Below are positions 9,348-18,796 of a stretch of DNA of 64,000 bases, in pieces. The stretch lies in assembly GCA_020060545.1 (NCBI GenBank), contig JAGUZX010000026.1:16788-80787 (forward strand). Reading direction: 5' to 3'. The translations under genes were made by a program, and so were the position numbers. The stretch is from Desulfovibrio sp. (lineage in GTDB: Bacteria; Bacillota; Dethiobacteria; DTU022). Each line of letters opens with the position of its first letter. Position 1 is the first letter of the stretch. Below the pieces are notes generated by a model. It had not been told where the DNA came from and ran no database searches. It saw only the letters and a list, made by a program, of their open reading frames with translations.

Positions 9348-10472
9348 ATGCCTGAAAAAAAGGAAGAAGAAGTAGTATCGCTGGCCCGGTGCACCCGTTA
9401 CCAACCTGAGGCTGTCCGTGAAAGCCTGGAGCAGCTTTTAAGGCCATGGGGTGGAATCGGCAGCTTTGTCAAGCCGGGGAAAAAGGTTCTCCTGAAGCCG
9501 AACCTGCTTACAGCGGCGGCTCCGGAGGAGGCGGTCACAACGCATCCCGTGGCGCTCCGCGTCCTGGCGGAAATGGCCCTGGAAGCCGGGGGTGAAGTCT
9601 ATATCGGCGACAGTTCCGGCAGCGGCCCCCCGGAGCGCGTGCTGCGGGTAACCGGAGTTCGGGAGGTGCTTCAGGAAACCGGAGCGAAACTGCTCCTTTT
9701 CGACGAAGTCAAGCCGGCCCGCTTCCAGGGAAAGAAGACACGCACGCTTCCCCTGGCGCGGGCCCTGGAAGAAGTGGATTTGGTTATAAACGCCGGCAAA
9801 TTGAAAACCCATACGTTAACCGGCTTGACTGCGGCCGTTAAAAACATGTACGGGTGTGTCGTGGACAAACACAAGGGGCGGCTTCATTTTGAACACCCCC
9901 TGCCGATGGACTTTGCCCACCTTCTGCTGGATATTTACCTGGCGGTAAAACCCGGTTTATCGATTATCGATGCGGTGATCGCCATGGAGGGGGTAGGACC
10001 GCGCAATGGGAGGCCCCGCGCGGTAGGGCTGCTGATGGCCGCCACCAACGGCATCGCTCTTGATTGTGTGGCCGCTGCCATAACCGGTTTTCAACCGGGA
10101 CAGGTGACCACAACCGCCGCCGCCCGCCGTCGCAAACTGCCCGGCTCGGATCTTTCACAAATCCGGGTGGAGGGGATTCCGCTAGCTGAAGCGGCAATCC
10201 GCGATTTCGACCGGGGCGCCGTAAACGCAGGTTACGCCGGCAAAGCATGGGCGTACGTCTTTGCCAGGTCACGACTGCTGCAACGGCGGCGCCCTTCGCC
10301 TGTGGTTATCCCTGAAAAGTGCGCCGGATGCGCTGTCTGCCTGGAGCATTGCCCGCCCCAGATTATCCGTCTTCAAGATAATATTGCCGTGATCGAACGC
10401 TCACGCTGCATCCGCTGTTACTGCTGCCAGGAACTGTGTGCTCATGGGGCGATAGAGTTATTTCCCCGGTAA
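9348..10472 (+). CDS. DUF362 domain protein with C-terminal 2x[4Fe-4S]
   Basis: VLLKPNL, VTTHP, KLKTH, AVKNMYG, MEGVGP; CAGCAVCLEHCP and CIRCYCCQELC. Confidence 0.9.
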   Translation: MPEKKEEEVVSLARCTRYQPEAVRESLEQLLRPWGGIGSFVKPGKKVLLKPNLLTAAAPEEAVTTHPVALRVLAEMALEAGGEVYIGDSSGSGPPERVLRVTGVREVLQETGAKLLLFDEVKPARFQGKKTRTLPLARALEEVDLVINAGKLKTHTLTGLTAAVKNMYGCVVDKHKGRLHFEHPLPMDFAHLLLDIYLAVKPGLSIIDAVIAMEGVGPRNGRPRAVGLLMAATNGIALDCVAAAITGFQPGQVTTTAAARRRKLPGSDLSQIRVEGIPLAEAAIRDFDRGAVNAGYAGKAWAYVFARSRLLQRRRPSPVVIPEKCAGCAVCLEHCPPQIIRLQDNIAVIERSRCIRCYCCQELCAHGAIELFPR

Positions 10473-10522
10473 GCGCAAAAACCGCCAGAAAAACAAAAAA
10501 TTCGCAATGAGGGGGATGCCGC

Positions 10523-10732
10523 ATGGCCAAAAAAAGGTTCAACCTGGTTTTCATTCCCGAGCGCTGCAAGGAATGCGGCATCTGCATTGCTTTTTGCCCT
10601 CGCCAGAATCTACAGGCAGGAGAGGACGGGAGGCCCGAGCTGATTGATCCGGAAAACTGCAGCGGATGCGGGCAGTGTGAGCTTTACTGTCCTGATTTTG
10701 CGATCCGGGTGGAAGAGGAAGAAAATAATTGA
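10523..10732 (+). CDS. 2x[4Fe-4S] ferredoxin (2-oxoacid:ferredoxin oxidoreductase delta-like)
   Basis: CKECGICIAFCP and CSGCGQCELYCPDFAI. Confidence 0.88.
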   Translation: MAKKRFNLVFIPERCKECGICIAFCPRQNLQAGEDGRPELIDPENCSGCGQCELYCPDFAIRVEEEENN

Positions 10733-10753
10733 TCCGGCAGAGGAGGCGCCGTT

Positions 10754-11527
10754 TCAGCGCCCTTCGGGGATGGCGGCCCTGGCAATAAGAGACATGGCCC
10801 GGCCTACTTTTTCCGCCCACTGGGGGTCCGAAGCGTACCTGACCCCGATCGCAACCAGGTTATCGCCGCTGTAATTGCGGCCCCACCGGCTTAAATAGCT
10901 GTTGCTGAGCAGTTGGGCCGCGTAATAAATACTATCGTCTTTCGTAGAAAAAGTATACGCGTAAAGGATCGGGTTACCGTCAAAAGCGCCCAATCCGAAA
11001 AGATTGTTCTTCTCCCGGGCGATCCTGGACATGCCGCCGGCGCTCTCAAGGTAAGCGATGGAAGCCAGGGCCAGGCTGTTAATGCCGTAGATCTCTTCGG
11101 CCCGTACCAGTGCCGCCCCGGTTCCTCTTAACCCGTGCGCCCCCAATCTTACCCACGCTCTTTCGTACTGCTTGGCGGTGAAGCTGGATATCGACAGGAC
11201 GGGCATGGTTGAACCGGACAGAGCAACCGCGTTACAGTAAGTTTGGCGCTGGTTAAAGAGCAGCTGCTCCAACTGCTCGTTTCTTTTTTCAACGGTTTCG
11301 ATCCGCTGCAGCGCTTCGTCCAGTTCAAATTTCAGTTCCCGGTTCGCTTTGTTGGTCTCTCTCAGTTCGCGAGCGGTATGCTCGTAAAGAAAGGTTAGAT
11401 CGTCAAGGTGATGCAAAAGAAGATCCAATTTCTCCTGCTGCAGTGCTGCCTGGTGCTGGAGATAGTTTACTCCGCCAACGATCAGAGCAGAAACGATCAG
11501 GAATTTCAAAGTATTTAAACGCGGCAT
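10754..11527 (-). CDS. Membrane-anchored coiled-coil glucosaminidase (GH73-like) cell-wall hydrolase
   Basis: N-terminal hydrophobic helix, coiled coil, YGINSLALASIAYLES, KNNLFGLGAFD, YASDPQW; GGAGG RBS before ATG 11527. Confidence 0.85.
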   Translation of the reverse strand: MPRLNTLKFLIVSALIVGGVNYLQHQAALQQEKLDLLLHHLDDLTFLYEHTARELRETNKANRELKFELDEALQRIETVEKRNEQLEQLLFNQRQTYCNAVALSGSTMPVLSISSFTAKQYERAWVRLGAHGLRGTGAALVRAEEIYGINSLALASIAYLESAGGMSRIAREKNNLFGLGAFDGNPILYAYTFSTKDDSIYYAAQLLSNSYLSRWGRNYSGDNLVAIGVRYASDPQWAEKVGRAMSLIARAAIPEGR

Positions 11528-11584
11528 GAAACAGTCTCCTCCCGCTTTGAACAGCACCATCAGGCAGACTTGCCAAATATAAGA

Positions 11585-11613
11585 TTTTTCGACATAAGCT
11601 GAGAATTTCCTGC
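11585..11613 (-). promoter_or_regulatory. Sigma-H-like promoter of the glucosaminidase gene
   Basis: GCAGGAAAT-N11-GTCGAAAAA on the minus strand. Confidence 0.5.
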
Positions 11614-11662
11614 TAAAAAAGGTACTGCAAACGGTGTCCGAGGTTAACACATAACCTTGCAT

Positions 11663-11802
11663 CAAAAGAGCTGTCCCTCAGGTCGTTGAGAGAGAGGGCC
11701 AAAGAGGTCAGGGGAGGGATAAAATCAAGAGAAGGATGAATTATAATTGGGGACGGGCTTAATAAAACCGGGGACGGACCTGAAAGCACAGGTCCGTCCC
11801 CC
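11663..11802. repeat. REP-like palindromic cluster (GGGGACGG...CCGTCCCC)
   Basis: Perfect 13-bp inverted repeat GGGGACGGACCTG/CAGGTCCGTCCCC (~11770-11801), plus partial arms GGGGACGGGCTT (~11749) and CAAAAGAGCTGTCCC (~11663). Confidence 0.6.
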
Positions 11803-11876
11803 TTTTAGGACCGAACCGTATCGCACCGGCCCGCCCGCATCGGAACTGGAAGGTTGAAACCGCTCAACTGGCGCAG

Positions 11877-12311
11877 TTATTTGACAATCAAAATGTTCTC
11901 TTTAATGCAATGGACCACGGCATTGCTGACACTTCCGAGGAGCATCTCTTTAACTCCTCCCAGGCCCCTGCTTCCGAGAATAACCAGGTCATATTTATCC
12001 TGATCAGCGATAGCGCAAATTATATTTGACGGGTGACCTTTTTCCATTCTCGTCGTTACCGCAATCCCCTTATCGCGGAAAGCCTGTGCCGCTTTTTCCA
12101 AAATCTTGTGCCCCGCATTTTCTATCTTTTCCTCAGTTTTTCTGTAAGCGGCAAAGAAATCATAACCGATCTGGGGGTTGCCCTCGATCACATAGAGGAC
12201 GGTTACTTCGGCTTTTAACGCATCCGCCAGTTTAATGGTTTGACCGGTCGTTTTTTGAGAATGTTCTGAACCGTCTGTCGCCATCAGTATGCGAAACATG
12301 TCCAAAAACAC
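11877..12311 (-). CDS. Universal stress protein (UspA family)
   Basis: ILMATDGSEHS, GHPSNIIC, DLVILGSRGLG...LLGSVSNAVVH; start may be ATG 12299. Confidence 0.93.
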   Translation of the reverse strand: MFLDMFRILMATDGSEHSQKTTGQTIKLADALKAEVTVLYVIEGNPQIGYDFFAAYRKTEEKIENAGHKILEKAAQAFRDKGIAVTTRMEKGHPSNIICAIADQDKYDLVILGSRGLGGVKEMLLGSVSNAVVHCIKENILIVK

Positions 12312-12624
12312 ATCCTTTCAGTTTTTGATTTTTTGCCGGAAGGATTGTCTGTTTCTGATTATATTTTACCTAAAATAAACTCGTAATGCAATATTTTGCT
12401 GAGGTTGCTCCGGATCTGCTTTTATTGCCGCTTTTCACGCAGGGCGATTCGGCCGTGGCCTGTCCGGTAAGATCTATTTCCAGGGCTGTTAATCGCGACC
12501 ATATTTTTATGCGCGGCGACCGAAAAATGCTCCTTCACCAGACATCATTTAAAGCCGTGATCATCTTGAACTGCAATTTATTGATAGTGGTAATTATCTG
12601 GTATAATAAGGACAGGGAGGAGAT

Positions 12625-13980
12625 TTGCCCTTGCACGATTATACAAACTACAGCCACCTTGGCGAAGGAAAGAAGTATTTTACGGTAACTTTCGGCTGCC
12701 AGATGAACGAACACGACTCCGAGGTGCTGGCGGGAATCCTGGAGAGCATCGGCTACTCAACCGCCTTAAGCCCCGAGGAGGCGGACCTGATCGTGATCAA
12801 TACCTGCGCCGTGCGGCAAAAACCGGAAGAGAAGGTTGCCGGCCTGCTGGGTAAGCTGAAAACTCTCAAGGAGCAGAAGAAAGATCTGCTTATCGCCGTG
12901 GGCGGCTGCATGACGCAGCAGGCAGAAGCCGCAGCCTACGTCAAGAAACGCTTTCGCCATGTCGACTTGGTCTTCGGGACGCATTCACTGCCCCGTTTTC
13001 CCGAGCTCCTGAAACAGGCCGGGCGCAAGCGGGGTACGATCGTCGATATCGAGGAGTACCCGGACAGCCGCGAAGGGCTGCCCGCCCGCCGCGCCGGGCG
13101 CTTCCACGCCTGGCTGCCGGTTATCTACGGGTGCGACAACTTTTGTTCCTACTGCGTGGTGCCATATGTGCGGGGGAGAGAGCGCAGCCGCTCCATGGAG
13201 GAAGTCCTTGGCGAGGCGCGCTCACTGGCCGAACAAGGCTACCTTGAGCTGACCCTGCTGGGCCAGAATGTCAATTCGTATGGATTGGACCGCGCCAATA
13301 GCTACGACTTTGCCGATTTACTGACGAGGTTGGACCGGGTAAAAGGGCTGGCCCGGATCCGGTTTATGACTTCTCATCCCAAGGACTTGTCAGCGCGCCT
13401 GATTAAGGCGGTAAGCCGGGGCGAAAAGATCTGCGAGCACTTCCATCTTCCGGTGCAGTCCGGCAGCAACTTCATTTTGGAGAATATGAACCGGCAATAC
13501 ACCAGGGAGCGCTACCTGGAGCTGCTGCGCGCGATCAGGGAGGCTGTGCCGGGCGTGGCCGTAACCACCGATCTGATCGTCGGTTTTCCGGGGGAAACCG
13601 ATCGCGATTTTGCCCTGACGCTGGAGCTGGTGGAGCAGGCCCGTTTCGACAACGCCTTTATTTTTATATACTCGCCTCGCAAGGGGACCAGGGCGGCGGA
13701 GATGGAGGATACCCTGCCCCGCTCCGTCAAGGAGGAGCGGCTGCAGCAGCTAGCAAAAGTCCAAAGCCGGATCAGCCTGGAGATAAACCAGGCTCTGGAG
13801 GGTTCCACGGTGGAGCTTCTGGGCGAAGGAGCCAGCAAAAGCAACCCGGCGATGCAGACGGGGCGGACCCGCTCCAACAAGCTGGTCCACTTTCCCGCGG
13901 CGGAAGAGCTGACGGGAAAATTGTTTACTGTGGAGATTACGGAAGCCAGAACCTGGAACTTGTTCGGGAAAAAGGTTTGA
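12625..13980 (+). CDS. miaB: tRNA-2-methylthio-N6-dimethylallyladenosine synthase
   Basis: TFGCQMNEHDSE, NTCAVR, GCDNFCSYCVVPYVRG radical SAM motif, TRAM domain. Confidence 0.96.
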   Translation: MPLHDYTNYSHLGEGKKYFTVTFGCQMNEHDSEVLAGILESIGYSTALSPEEADLIVINTCAVRQKPEEKVAGLLGKLKTLKEQKKDLLIAVGGCMTQQAEAAAYVKKRFRHVDLVFGTHSLPRFPELLKQAGRKRGTIVDIEEYPDSREGLPARRAGRFHAWLPVIYGCDNFCSYCVVPYVRGRERSRSMEEVLGEARSLAEQGYLELTLLGQNVNSYGLDRANSYDFADLLTRLDRVKGLARIRFMTSHPKDLSARLIKAVSRGEKICEHFHLPVQSGSNFILENMNRQYTRERYLELLRAIREAVPGVAVTTDLIVGFPGETDRDFALTLELVEQARFDNAFIFIYSPRKGTRAAEMEDTLPRSVKEERLQQLAKVQSRISLEINQALEGSTVELLGEGASKSNPAMQTGRTRSNKLVHFPAAEELTGKLFTVEITEARTWNLFGKKV

Positions 13981-14008
13981 CTTACCGTAAACGGGAAGGA
14001 GGTGGGGC

Positions 14009-16063
14009 GTGATGAACGTTCTCCGGGAAACCCGCCGCCCAAAGCTGCCGGGCGTGATTATGGCGGGCGTTCTTGCAGCGGCTTTCGCCGTGGCACTGTC
14101 TGCGGGAGGCTGCCGGGGCGCCGGTGAAAGGCCGGAAACGGTGGCGGAAGCCTTTTTGCAAGCCTGGATCGCCGGTGAATACGGCGTGATGTACGATCTC
14201 CTGGATCAAACCTCCCGGGGAAAATATGATTGGGAGTATTTTCACGGACGCTACACCGGCATCAGCAGCGGAATCGGCCTTCAAGACGTAAATTACACTC
14301 TCGGCGAGCGGCGGGAAAACGGCGAACGAAATCGAACCCGCATTGCTTTTGAGGCCAACCTTTTTACCTATACCGTGGGTGCGATTAAGATCCAAAATTC
14401 GATCACCCTGACCCGTGCAGACTGGCGCTTGCCCTGGCGGGTGGAATGGCATCCGGGGCTGATCTTCCCCGAGCTGACGGGCAACCGGAAGGTAAGCCTG
14501 CACCGGGAGGCGCCGCGGCGGGGTTCCATTTTTGACCGCCACGGGCGCCCCCTGGCCGAATACCGCACCTTTAAAGAAGTTGGCGTTGTCCCCGGGCGTT
14601 ACAGTGACCGGGAAGGCCTGGTCAGGGCGGTGGCTGCGCTTCTGGAAATCCCGCCCCGGTCGATCGAAGAAAAGCTTAACCAGCCGTGGGTTAAAGAAGG
14701 GCTCTATGTTCCCCTGGCCGTCCTCGCCCCGGAACAGGAAACCTTGCTGCCGGAACTGCTGCGGATCCAGGGGGTAAAAATAAACAACGTCGAACGCCGC
14801 TATTATCCCGCCGGAAAAATGCTGGCCCACGTGATCGGCTACCTGGGGGAGTTGACGGCGGAAGAGCTGTCCGAAAAGAAGGAATTTGGTTACTATTCAG
14901 GAGACGCGGCCGGCAAACTGGGCCTGGAAGCGGCCCTGGAACATGTTTTAGGCGGACAGTTTGGCTTCACCTTGCGCATTATGGAAGAAGACGGCAGCGA
15001 TGCCGCCATTATTGCCTCCCGGGAGTTGAAGCAGGGGGAAGATGTGATCTTAACGATTGATCTGGACTTGCAGCAAGCCGCAGAAGAGGCGCTGGCCGGG
15101 AAAATTGGCGCCGTCGTGGCCATGGAGCCCGCTACCGGTGAACTCCTCGCCCTGGCCAGCAGCCCCGGTTTCGATCCGAACTGGTTTACGAAGGGCCTTT
15201 CAACCGAACAGTGGCAGGCTCTTCTTGCAGATCCCGCCCGCCCGTTTCTTAACCGGGCCATCTGGGGACTTTACCCGCCCGGCTCGACCTTTAAAGCTTT
15301 GACGGCCGCCGCCGCGCTGGATGCAGGCGTCCTCGATCCGGCGGAGAAGGTGCGCATCGAAGGGGAAGGCTGGCAGCTTTCACCGGCCTGGGGCGGCTAC
15401 CAGGTGAAGAGGGTGTACTCAAACCGGACCCTGTTGGACCTGGATGAAGCGATGCGTTTTTCCGACAATATCTATTTTGCCCGGGTCGGGCTGGTTCTCG
15501 GCCCCGCTCTATTTGAAAGCTACGGCGATCGCTTCGGGTTTGGCGAAAAGATCCCTTTTGAGCTTCCGGTTGCGGTCTCCCGCCTTTCCAAAAACGGGAT
15601 CAATACGGAGATCCTGCTTGCAGACAGCAGTTTCGGCCAGGGAGAGATCATAATGACACCGCTGCATCTGACCCTGGTCTACTGCGCATTCGCCGGGGCC
15701 GGCAGGATGCCGCTGCCCCGGTTGTGGTTTTCCGGCGAACCCGCTCCCGCGCCATGGAAGGAGGCGGTGATCAGCCCGGCTACCGCCGGGGTTGTGCATC
15801 GCGCCCTGATCAACGCCGTTAGCGGCGCGGAAGCGCCAACCGCAGGCACCGCCGCCGGTTTTACCGCTGCCGGAAAAACAGGCACCGCGCAAGTTGAACT
15901 TGGCGGCGGGAATATCTGCTGGTACATTACCTATGCTCCCGCCGGGGCGCCTCAAATTGTTGTCACGGTGCTGGTAGAAGGCGGCGGCTGGGCCGCTCAG
16001 GACGCCCTGCCGCTGGGCCGGGCGGTGCTGGAATCTTATTTTCAAGAGAAAGCGGACCGGTGA
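14009..16063 (+). CDS. Class B penicillin-binding protein with NTF2-like (MecA_N-type) N-domain, probable lipoprotein
   Basis: Lipobox-like LSAGGC, WRVEWHPGLIFP, RGSIFDR, RYYP, GLE, LTID; catalytic STFK, SDN, KTGT. Confidence 0.88.
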   Translation: MMNVLRETRRPKLPGVIMAGVLAAAFAVALSAGGCRGAGERPETVAEAFLQAWIAGEYGVMYDLLDQTSRGKYDWEYFHGRYTGISSGIGLQDVNYTLGERRENGERNRTRIAFEANLFTYTVGAIKIQNSITLTRADWRLPWRVEWHPGLIFPELTGNRKVSLHREAPRRGSIFDRHGRPLAEYRTFKEVGVVPGRYSDREGLVRAVAALLEIPPRSIEEKLNQPWVKEGLYVPLAVLAPEQETLLPELLRIQGVKINNVERRYYPAGKMLAHVIGYLGELTAEELSEKKEFGYYSGDAAGKLGLEAALEHVLGGQFGFTLRIMEEDGSDAAIIASRELKQGEDVILTIDLDLQQAAEEALAGKIGAVVAMEPATGELLALASSPGFDPNWFTKGLSTEQWQALLADPARPFLNRAIWGLYPPGSTFKALTAAAALDAGVLDPAEKVRIEGEGWQLSPAWGGYQVKRVYSNRTLLDLDEAMRFSDNIYFARVGLVLGPALFESYGDRFGFGEKIPFELPVAVSRLSKNGINTEILLADSSFGQGEIIMTPLHLTLVYCAFAGAGRMPLPRLWFSGEPAPAPWKEAVISPATAGVVHRALINAVSGAEAPTAGTAAGFTAAGKTGTAQVELGGGNICWYITYAPAGAPQIVVTVLVEGGGWAAQDALPLGRAVLESYFQEKADR

Positions 16064-16132
16064 CGGGCAAAGCACCCCGGGCCCCGGTTAAAACAACCAC
16101 CGCCGGATCGGCAGTAGCGCTCAACTGGAGCG

Positions 16133-18796
16133 GTGAAAGAGGTGATCATCCTGGACAAGGTATCCCCGATGATGGAGCAGTATCTCGCGATCAAGGCGGA
16201 ACACCCCGATAAAATCGTCTTCTTCCAGGTTGGGGACTTTTACGAGATCTTTTTTGAAGACGCCCCCGTCGCCGCCCGGGAGATGGAGATCGTCCTTACC
16301 ACCAGGGATGCAAACAAGGAAAACCCGATCCCTCTGGCAGGGGTGCCAATCCATGCCGCGGAGGGCTACCTGAACAAGCTCCTGGCCAAGGGCTATAAAA
16401 TTGTGATCTGCGACCAGGTGGAAGAGGCGGCCCTGGCCAAGGGGCTGGTCCGCCGCGCGGTGACGCGCATCCTCACGCCGGGGACCGTTACCGACCCGGA
16501 AATGCTCGAGGAAGGAAGAAACAATTACCTGGCCGTCCTGATTGGTGGCGCCGAAGGCTCCTTCGGCCTGGCGGCGGTGGATGTATCCACGGGAGATTTC
16601 CGAATCACTGAATGGAACGGTTTGGGGTCCTGGGACAACGCCGCCGACGAGCTTCGCCTGCTGCAACCGGCCGAATGTATCTGCGCCCCGGTAGAACTGG
16701 TGGAGCGGGTGCGCCTTTTGATGAATCAAAAAAATTCCCGCCTGGTGGAGGCGGTGGAGCCTCCCGCGTCGCCGGAACGGGTCCGGGCGGCGCTCACGGC
16801 GCAGTGGGGTGAAGAGCGCTGGGAAGCCCTTGCTCTGTCCCGCTTTCCGCTCGCGGCGGCCGCCGCGGCAACAGCCCTGCTCTACCTGACAGAGCTGCAT
16901 TACACGCCGGAGAGCAAGCTTTTTCATACCCTGGAGCTTTATTTCCCCGGGGCCGGCATGGCTGTCGACAGCGTGACCCGCCGCAATCTGGAGCTTACTC
17001 AGACTATTAGAGACGGGGCCAAGCAGGGAAGCCTTCTCGGGCTGCTGGACAGGTGCATGAACGCTATGGGCCGGCGGCTGATCCGACGCTGGATCGAACA
17101 ACCTTTGCGTGAGGCCGCTTTAATTGAAGAAAGGCTGGAGGCTGTGGAAGAGCTGCTTAAAACCCCGCTCCGGCGACGTGAGCTGCGCGCCCTGCTGCGC
17201 CAGCTGATCGACCTGGAACGTTTTTGCAGCCGTCTCTGCTACCGGCGTGTCACTGCACGGGAGATCGTTTCCCTCAAAAACTCGCTGTTGCTGCTGGAAC
17301 CGCTTCAAGCCGCTCTCTCCGCATTCCATTCCGCTCTGCTGCAGGGTGTTCGCAGGCTGCCCGATTGCGCGGGGTTAATCGCGCTGATCCAGGACGCCCT
17401 GGTCGACGATCCGCCCCAGGCGCTGCGGGAAGGCGGCCTGTTCCGGCCCGGCTACCACCCGGAGGTGGATCGATTGAGCCGGCTTTCCCGGGAGGGCCGG
17501 AGCAGGCTCCTGGAATTTGAACAGAAAGAGCGGCAGCGCACCGGGATTAAATCGCTCCGGGTAGGCTACAACCGCAATTTCGGCTACTATATCGAGGTGA
17601 CCCGGAACAATCTGGAGCTTGTCCCCCCCGAATACTTCCGCCGGCAAACACTGGTGAACGCGGAACGCTTTATCACAGACGAGCTGCGCGAGATGGAGGA
17701 GCAAATTACCGGCGCCCGGGACAGGCTGGCCGAGCTCGAGTACGAGCTTTTTGAAACGCTGCGCGGCAAAGTGGCGGCGCAGGCGCCCCTTTTGCAGGCC
17801 GCCGCCCGGGAGCTGGCCCGCCTGGATTGCCTCCAGAGTCTGGCCGAAGCGGCCGAGCGCCATCGTTACCGCCGCCCGCATTTCGCAAAAGACGGGTCCC
17901 TGCGCATAGTCAAAGGCCGCCACCCGGTGGTGGAGCAGCTTGCCGGAGAGCGGTTCGTGCCCAACGATATTTTCATGGACGACCGGCAGTTTGTCCTGGT
18001 CATTACCGGACCGAACATGGCCGGTAAAAGCACTTATATCCGCAGCGTTGCCTTAATCTGCCTGATGGCGCAGATCGGCAGCTTTGTCCCGGCGGATGAG
18101 GCCGATTTGCCGATCCTGGACCGGATCTTTGCCCGGGTGGGCGCGAGCGACGATCTCAGCCGCGGCTACAGTACCTTCATGGTTGAAATGCAGGAGACCG
18201 CCACCATCTTGCGGGATGCCACTGCCCGCAGCCTGCTGGTCCTGGACGAAATCGGCCGGGGCACCAGCACCTACGACGGCATGAGCATCGCCCGCAGCGT
18301 CCTGGAATATATCGGCACCGCCATTGGAGCGAAAACCCTCTTTTCAACACATTACCACGAGTTGACCAACCTGGAGGGAGAGCTGCCGGGGGTCAAAAAT
18401 TACACTATGGCGGTAAAGGAAAAAGGGAAAGAGGTAATCTTCCTGCGCCGGGTTGTCCCCGGACGCTCCGACAAAAGCTACGGGGTTAATGTGGCCAGGC
18501 TGGCCGGGCTTCCCCCGGCGGTAATCGTCCGGGCCGAGGCGATCCTGGCTGAAATGGAAGTGGCCGCTTCCGCGGTCCGGGAAAGGCAGTTGAGCCTGCT
18601 GCCGCTTGTATATTTTCCTACCCCTGACTACAACCGGCAGAAAGAGCTCCTGGCGGAACTGAGGGAGCTTGACCTGAACCGCTTTACCCCCTTGGAAGCC
18701 TTGCAGCAACTTTACCGGATGCAAAAAAAGCTTGACGAAGACACCACAGCGGGAGCGGAAAACCCGGGTGGAGAGGAGGCCGCTGATGGCGATTAA
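16133..18796 (+). CDS. mutS: DNA mismatch repair protein MutS
   Basis: PMMEQY, GDFYEIF, TGPNMAGKST, STFMVEM, DEIGRGTST, clamp-binding motif QLSLL. Confidence 0.98.
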   Translation: MKEVIILDKVSPMMEQYLAIKAEHPDKIVFFQVGDFYEIFFEDAPVAAREMEIVLTTRDANKENPIPLAGVPIHAAEGYLNKLLAKGYKIVICDQVEEAALAKGLVRRAVTRILTPGTVTDPEMLEEGRNNYLAVLIGGAEGSFGLAAVDVSTGDFRITEWNGLGSWDNAADELRLLQPAECICAPVELVERVRLLMNQKNSRLVEAVEPPASPERVRAALTAQWGEERWEALALSRFPLAAAAAATALLYLTELHYTPESKLFHTLELYFPGAGMAVDSVTRRNLELTQTIRDGAKQGSLLGLLDRCMNAMGRRLIRRWIEQPLREAALIEERLEAVEELLKTPLRRRELRALLRQLIDLERFCSRLCYRRVTAREIVSLKNSLLLLEPLQAALSAFHSALLQGVRRLPDCAGLIALIQDALVDDPPQALREGGLFRPGYHPEVDRLSRLSREGRSRLLEFEQKERQRTGIKSLRVGYNRNFGYYIEVTRNNLELVPPEYFRRQTLVNAERFITDELREMEEQITGARDRLAELEYELFETLRGKVAAQAPLLQAAARELARLDCLQSLAEAAERHRYRRPHFAKDGSLRIVKGRHPVVEQLAGERFVPNDIFMDDRQFVLVITGPNMAGKSTYIRSVALICLMAQIGSFVPADEADLPILDRIFARVGASDDLSRGYSTFMVEMQETATILRDATARSLLVLDEIGRGTSTYDGMSIARSVLEYIGTAIGAKTLFSTHYHELTNLEGELPGVKNYTMAVKEKGKEVIFLRRVVPGRSDKSYGVNVARLAGLPPAVIVRAEAILAEMEVAASAVRERQLSLLPLVYFPTPDYNRQKELLAELRELDLNRFTPLEALQQLYRMQKKLDEDTTAGAENPGGEEAADGD

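Noticed and set aside
9217..9447. N-terminal extensions in the ORF track (spoVB to 9447; glucosaminidase to 11665; leuA to 31940; rny to 50068; small protein to 26375)
   Set aside because: They overlap other genes, promoters or leaders; most have a better RBS and family-typical N-terminus downstream (spoVB has no RBS, but its extension overlaps the DUF362 gene)
11528..11760. c-di-AMP (ydaO) riboswitch upstream of the cell-wall hydrolase
   Set aside because: The characteristic conserved motifs were not found; the region is better explained by a promoter and REP-like repeats
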